From Desulfobulbus propionicus DSM 2032 (GTDB taxonomy: Bacteria; Desulfobacterota; Desulfobulbia; Desulfobulbales; Desulfobulbaceae): DNA of 32,000 nucleotides. Shown one piece after another: positions 28,166-32,000 of the stretch. The position numbers and the translations under genes are program-made. Positions within the stretch are counted from its first letter, which is position 1, and every line of letters starts with the position of its first letter. The notes below the pieces were generated by a model. It did not search any database, was not told the DNA's origin, and was given only the letters and a program-made list of their open reading frames with translations. The stretch covers positions 750,001-782,000 of the forward strand of contig NC_014972.1 in the NCBI RefSeq assembly GCF_000186885.1, read 5' to 3'.

Positions 28166-30322
28166 TTATCGCGGCAGGTACTTGGTCAGGGGGCAGCTCT
28201 TGCAACCACCCGAGGGCAGATCGGTGTTTTCGTGGATCTTGCCGACGATATCGGCCACCGCAGCCTTGGTATCCGGATAGAAATTTTCCCGGCCGATCTT
28301 GTCGAACAGGTGGGTGCGGTCGAGCACCGCCAGGATCGGCCCCTTGGCGTTGCATACCGCAAAACCGTAACCAGCCGCGTGGAGCCGGTCCACCAACAGG
28401 GCCAGCTCTTCCTCGCCCGAGGCGTCGATGTCATTGATGCCGCTGGCGTCGAGCAGGATGTAGCGCAGATCGGGCATGTCGTTGCGGAATTTGATGATCT
28501 GTTCATCCAGATAGCTGGCGTTAGCGAAAAAGAGGGCGCCATCGAAACGGACCACGGCGATGTGGCGGCAGCCGCGCAGCCGATGCTGTTCGGTGCTCTG
28601 CAGCGAGCCGTCCTTATACATCGACAGTTTGGCCACCACCGGCCGCATCGATTTGTAGAGGAATACGCCCATGGACAGGGCCACGCCGACCATGATGCCC
28701 TTGTCGAGATGGGGGGCAAAAGCCAAGGTGACGAAAAAGGTGATGATCGAGATGATGCCGTCGTGTTTCTGGGCGTGCCAGGCGTGGACAAACCCCCGGG
28801 TGTTGATCAGGCCGATGACCGCCATCATGATCACCGCCGCCAGTACCGCCTGTGGCAGGTGGTAAAGCAGCGGGGTGAGGAACAGCAGGGTGATGACCAC
28901 CACGATGCTGGTGATGACGCTGGATATGCCGGAGACCGCGCCGGCCTGCAGGTTGACCGCCGAACGGGAAAAAGAACCGGACACCGCGTAACTGGAGCCG
29001 AAAGAGCCCAATACGTTCGCCAATCCCTGGCCGATCAGTTCCTGGTTGGGGTCGAGCTTCTGGCCGGTCTTGGCGGCCATGGCCTTGGCGATGGCGATGG
29101 CCTCCATGAAGCCGAGCAGGCTGATGATGATCGCCGTGGGCAGCAGTTTGAGGACGATGTTGCCTTCCAGCTTGGGAATGGTGAAGGTGGGCAGGCCCTC
29201 GGGGATCTTGCCGACAATGGCGCCGCCGCCCATGAGCAGGAGGCTGTCGGTTTTCAGTTTGGCGTTGGACACCTTGAGGCGCCAGGTGTTGTGATCGGTG
29301 GGCACGTCGGCGGGGAGCGCGTTCTTGGGATAGAAGATTGCCTGTTCGCCTTGCTGGGCCTTTTCAAACTTCAGCTGCCGCAACTGGGCGCGCAGCTCCC
29401 GGTTGTGTTCCTGGACCTGATTCATCTTGGCGGTGATCAGGGCGATTTCGTTGTGCAGGGCAATGGCTTCCAGCGAGGGACCGTGGCCCTTGACCGCTTT
29501 CTCAAGTTTTTCCAGTTCCTTGCCCTTGCTCATCCGCTCAAGGCCCAGCTCTTCCACGGTCTTGATCTCCTGGTTGAACTCGTCCACCAGCGCGGCAAAC
29601 TCCGGCATCTGGATGGCGCTGAGCGGTACGCGCATATCCTTGTTGTAGCCGCTGAAATAGGAGATCAGGGTGGTGATGACCACCGCCACCAGCACCGCCG
29701 GAATTTTGGGGTTGATCTTCTTCAGGCCGACCATGATCGCCACCGCGCTCACCCCGTAGATCAGGGTGGGCCAATGGGTGTAGTCCATGGCGGCCTGCGC
29801 CACCCAGATCATGGTCTGGTAATGGTGCTCGGCCGAATCAACGGACACGCCGAAAAATTTGGAGAATTGGGAGGAGGCGATGATGATGGCCGCGGCATTG
29901 GTGAAGCCGTTGACCACCGGGTGAGACAGGAAGTTGACCACCAAACCGAGCCTGAGCACCCCCAGAGAGAACTGGAACACACCGACGATCAGGGCGAGGA
30001 CGATTGAGTAGGCGATGAAGTCGGTGCTGCCGGCGGTGGCCAACGGTTGCAGCGAGGCGGCGGACATCAGCGACACCACCGCGACCGGGCCGGTGGCCAA
30101 CTGCCGGCTGGAGCCGAACAGGGCGGCGACCATGGGCGGGAGAAAAGCGGCATACAGGCCGAAATAGGCCGGTAGGCCAGCCAGTTGCGCGTAAGCCATT
30201 GATTGCGGGATCAGCACCAGGGCCACGGTCAGGCCGGCAAGGGCGTCGGTCTGGAAACTCTTGAGGTTGTAGCCTTTAATCCAACTCAGGAAGGGGAAAA
30301 TTTTTGTCAGTACCATGTCCAT
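28166..30322 (-). CDS. SulP family inorganic anion transporter with STAS domain
   Basis: 718 aa; ALAGLTVALVLIPQSMAYAQLAGLPAYFGLYAAFLPP, ELIGQGLANVLGSFGSSYAVSGSFSRSAVNLQAGA, C-terminal STAS (HIAVVRFDGALFFANASYLDEQI...YILLDASGINDIDASGEEEL). Confidence 0.93.
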   Translation of the reverse strand: MDMVLTKIFPFLSWIKGYNLKSFQTDALAGLTVALVLIPQSMAYAQLAGLPAYFGLYAAFLPPMVAALFGSSRQLATGPVAVVSLMSAASLQPLATAGSTDFIAYSIVLALIVGVFQFSLGVLRLGLVVNFLSHPVVNGFTNAAAIIIASSQFSKFFGVSVDSAEHHYQTMIWVAQAAMDYTHWPTLIYGVSAVAIMVGLKKINPKIPAVLVAVVITTLISYFSGYNKDMRVPLSAIQMPEFAALVDEFNQEIKTVEELGLERMSKGKELEKLEKAVKGHGPSLEAIALHNEIALITAKMNQVQEHNRELRAQLRQLKFEKAQQGEQAIFYPKNALPADVPTDHNTWRLKVSNAKLKTDSLLLMGGGAIVGKIPEGLPTFTIPKLEGNIVLKLLPTAIIISLLGFMEAIAIAKAMAAKTGQKLDPNQELIGQGLANVLGSFGSSYAVSGSFSRSAVNLQAGAVSGISSVITSIVVVITLLFLTPLLYHLPQAVLAAVIMMAVIGLINTRGFVHAWHAQKHDGIISIITFFVTLAFAPHLDKGIMVGVALSMGVFLYKSMRPVVAKLSMYKDGSLQSTEQHRLRGCRHIAVVRFDGALFFANASYLDEQIIKFRNDMPDLRYILLDASGINDIDASGEEELALLVDRLHAAGYGFAVCNAKGPILAVLDRTHLFDKIGRENFYPDTKAAVADIVGKIHENTDLPSGGCKSCPLTKYLPR

Positions 30323-30356
30323 CCGCTCGTGTTCGTAGAAGTCAAAGGTTATGGGG

Positions 30357-30947
30357 TCAGGGTTTCAGCCAGCAGCGACACGACTCGATCACCTCTTCAT
30401 AGAGCGATGTCGCTTGATATAAATTGTAGGTATCCAGCCGGACCAGGCCGTCGATCAGGGTGAAGATCAGCAGGGCTTTCTTGCTGGGCGAGACTGGACG
30501 GATTGAACCATCCTCCATGCCGCGGAGGATCGCCTGTTCGAAAATGCTGATCAGACCGCTGTAGATTTCTTCCAGATATTGCCAGCATTTTGGGTTGTTG
30601 GGCGCGATCTGATAATAGTGGTGGCGGTGGAGGAGAAGGAAGCGTTCCTCCATGACGCTGGACTGATACAGGTAGAACGAGATGGCTCCTTCCACCATTT
30701 CCAGGCCATTGGCGAACTCGGTATTTTGGAGGTGCTGCTTGAAGGAGCCGACAAAATCTTCCTTGAATTTTTGCAGCACGGCGAGAAACAGGTCTTCCTT
30801 GCTCTGAAAGTGGTAGAAGATGGTTCCCTCGGCCACGCCGGTGGCCTTGGAGATGTCACTGACCGACGTATCCCAGTAGCCCCGTTCGGCGAAGAATTTG
30901 CTGGCCGCCTGGAGAATGGCTTCTTTTTTGGTTTGTGCACGTGCCAT
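30357..30947 (-). CDS. TetR family transcriptional regulator
   Basis: 196 aa; KKEAILQAASKFFAERGYWDTSVSDISKATGVAEGTIFYHFQSKEDLFLAVL is a typical TetR helix-turn-helix; 34-bp gap to the sulP-like gene, same strand. Confidence 0.92.
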   Translation of the reverse strand: MARAQTKKEAILQAASKFFAERGYWDTSVSDISKATGVAEGTIFYHFQSKEDLFLAVLQKFKEDFVGSFKQHLQNTEFANGLEMVEGAISFYLYQSSVMEERFLLLHRHHYYQIAPNNPKCWQYLEEIYSGLISIFEQAILRGMEDGSIRPVSPSKKALLIFTLIDGLVRLDTYNLYQATSLYEEVIESCRCWLKP

Positions 30948-30975
30948 GTGTGGGTGACCCTTGGGGGATAGTCTT

Positions 30976-31048
30976 TGAGTGAGCGCTCAGGTAAAAATGG
31001 AAGTGAGAATAGTTTTCGACTGAGCACTCACTCAGGATTAAGTGAGTG
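30976..31048. promoter_or_regulatory. Palindromic operator-like sites upstream of tetR
   Basis: TGAGTGAGCGCTCA (30976-30989) and its near-perfect inverse TGAGCACTCACTCA (31021-31034); perfect 10-bp palindrome TGAGCGCTCA at 30980-30989; further inverted repeat CACTCACT/AGTGAGTG (31025-31032/31041-31048). Confidence 0.65.
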
Positions 31049-31185
31049 TTAGATACCCTTCAATGACCATCCGGTCAAACGCTTTTTTTGACTATCAGAA
31101 ATATTTATGAAAAAGGCTGGCAAACAGCAAGGAAAGGGCGCACCGACAGGTCGAGACCCAGGGAGATCGGTTGGCACGCGCGGGA

Positions 31186-32000
31186 TTATCGTTTGCGTCG
31201 CGCCGTTGAGCGGTTTGCCGGAGGTGAAGTGGACTCTTTAGGAGAGCATGGATGACTCGTGGCAAGAGCGGCCTTTTGCCGTTCGCGGCCGACGTCGTTT
31301 TTTTCCACAAAGCAGGGGGACTTGCTGAAAGGGTCGGTTTCGGTCCAGTACATCAGGGTCGACCAGGTACAGGGGGTGGGCGTGAACAGCTGCACCTGGC
31401 GGGGCACAAGGTGAAGTTCCCGCTGGCAGAAGGCGCGCAGCCGCTCCATGGCCGCCTGGGTGCAACCCGGATGGGCGGCGATCAGGTAGTAGGTGAGGAA
31501 CTGGCGGAGACCTTCTTCCTCGGTCAGCCGGTTGAACAGGCGGCGGAATTGCAGCAAGGATTCCGTGCCCGGCTTGCCCATGGCGGCGAGCACCTCGGCT
31601 TCGCTGTGTTCCGGCGCGATCTTCATTTGGCCGGAAACATGGTGGCGCACCAGCTCGCGCAGATAGTCCAGTCCCTTTTTGTGGTCGGCCAGGATCAGAT
31701 CGTAGCGGACACCCGAGGCCACGGCGATCTTCTTGATGCCCCGAACCCCCCGCAGCCGTTGCAGCAGGGCAATGAGCGGGCCGTGGTCGATGCGCAGGCT
31801 CGGGCAGATGGCCGGAAAGAGGCAACGTTTGTCCCGGCAGGCCCCCCTGGCCAGTTTTTTGGCGCATTCAAATCCGTACATGTTAGCGGTCGGTCCGCCG
31901 ACATCGGCGATCATCCCCTTGAACGAAGGATGCGCCGCCAGGGTTTCCGCCTCGCGGACAATCGAGGTCGCGCTACGCTGCTGGATGGTCCGGCCCTGGT
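31186..32000 (-). CDS. YgiQ-family radical SAM protein, C-terminal part (truncated at the window edge)
   Basis: FKGMIADVGGPTANMYG, VASGVRYDL, HHVSGQMKIAPEH, YYLIAAHPGC, QVQLFTPTPCTWSTLMYWTETDPF. The frame stays open upstream of Met 31914 (QGRTIQQRSATSIVREAETLAAHPSFKGM...), so the listed ORF start is internal. Confidence 0.9.
   Translation of the reverse strand, partial: QGRTIQQRSATSIVREAETLAAHPSFKGMIADVGGPTANMYGFECAKKLARGACRDKRCLFPAICPSLRIDHGPLIALLQRLRGVRGIKKIAVASGVRYDLILADHKKGLDYLRELVRHHVSGQMKIAPEHSEAEVLAAMGKPGTESLLQFRRLFNRLTEEEGLRQFLTYYLIAAHPGCTQAAMERLRAFCQRELHLVPRQVQLFTPTPCTWSTLMYWTETDPFSKSPCFVEKNDVGRERQKAALATSHPCSPKESTSPPANRSTARRKR

Noticed and set aside
28232-30007. 591-aa plus-strand ORF opposite the SulP gene
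   Set aside because: Low-complexity His/Asp/Gly-rich reading of the antisense strand; the minus-strand SulP/STAS match is unambiguous.
1-32000. CRISPR arrays, tandem repeats, tRNA/rRNA genes, transposases or phage genes
   Set aside because: None recognised on reading; gene content is housekeeping/chromosomal throughout.

Overview
The window looks like a chromosomal region of a Gram-negative, probably deltaproteobacterial (Desulfobacterota-like) genome; the taxonomy is inference from gene order and style. Bases ~69-14909 hold a division/cell-wall (dcw) cluster: ftsL-like, ftsI-like, murE-murF fusion, mraY, murD, a small Cys4 ORF, murG, murC, murB, ftsQ, ftsA, ftsZ. A close-packed set follows (~15.0-22.7 kb): B12-binding-type radical SAM protein, sensor kinase, GT28-like glycosyltransferase, FetAB-like ABC pair, hybrid histidine kinase. 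Then come a Bcr/CflA-type MFS transporter, a minus-strand DACNV/DisA-like nucleotide-cyclase-related protein, nadA, a HAD phosphatase, a SulP transporter with a large coiled-coil-like insert, a TetR regulator with palindromic upstream sites, and a YgiQ-type radical SAM protein cut by the window end. The strongest observations are: (1) the ftsI-like product keeps its N-terminal pedestal and C-terminal PASTA-like region in an intact frame but lacks all three penicillin-binding catalytic motifs (SxxK, SxN, KTG); (2) ftsW is absent from its usual murD-murG position, which is occupied by a 78-aa Cys4 protein; (3) there is a DisA-like protein that retains DGA and (S)RHR motifs. No CRISPR array, rRNA, tRNA or transposon was recognised.
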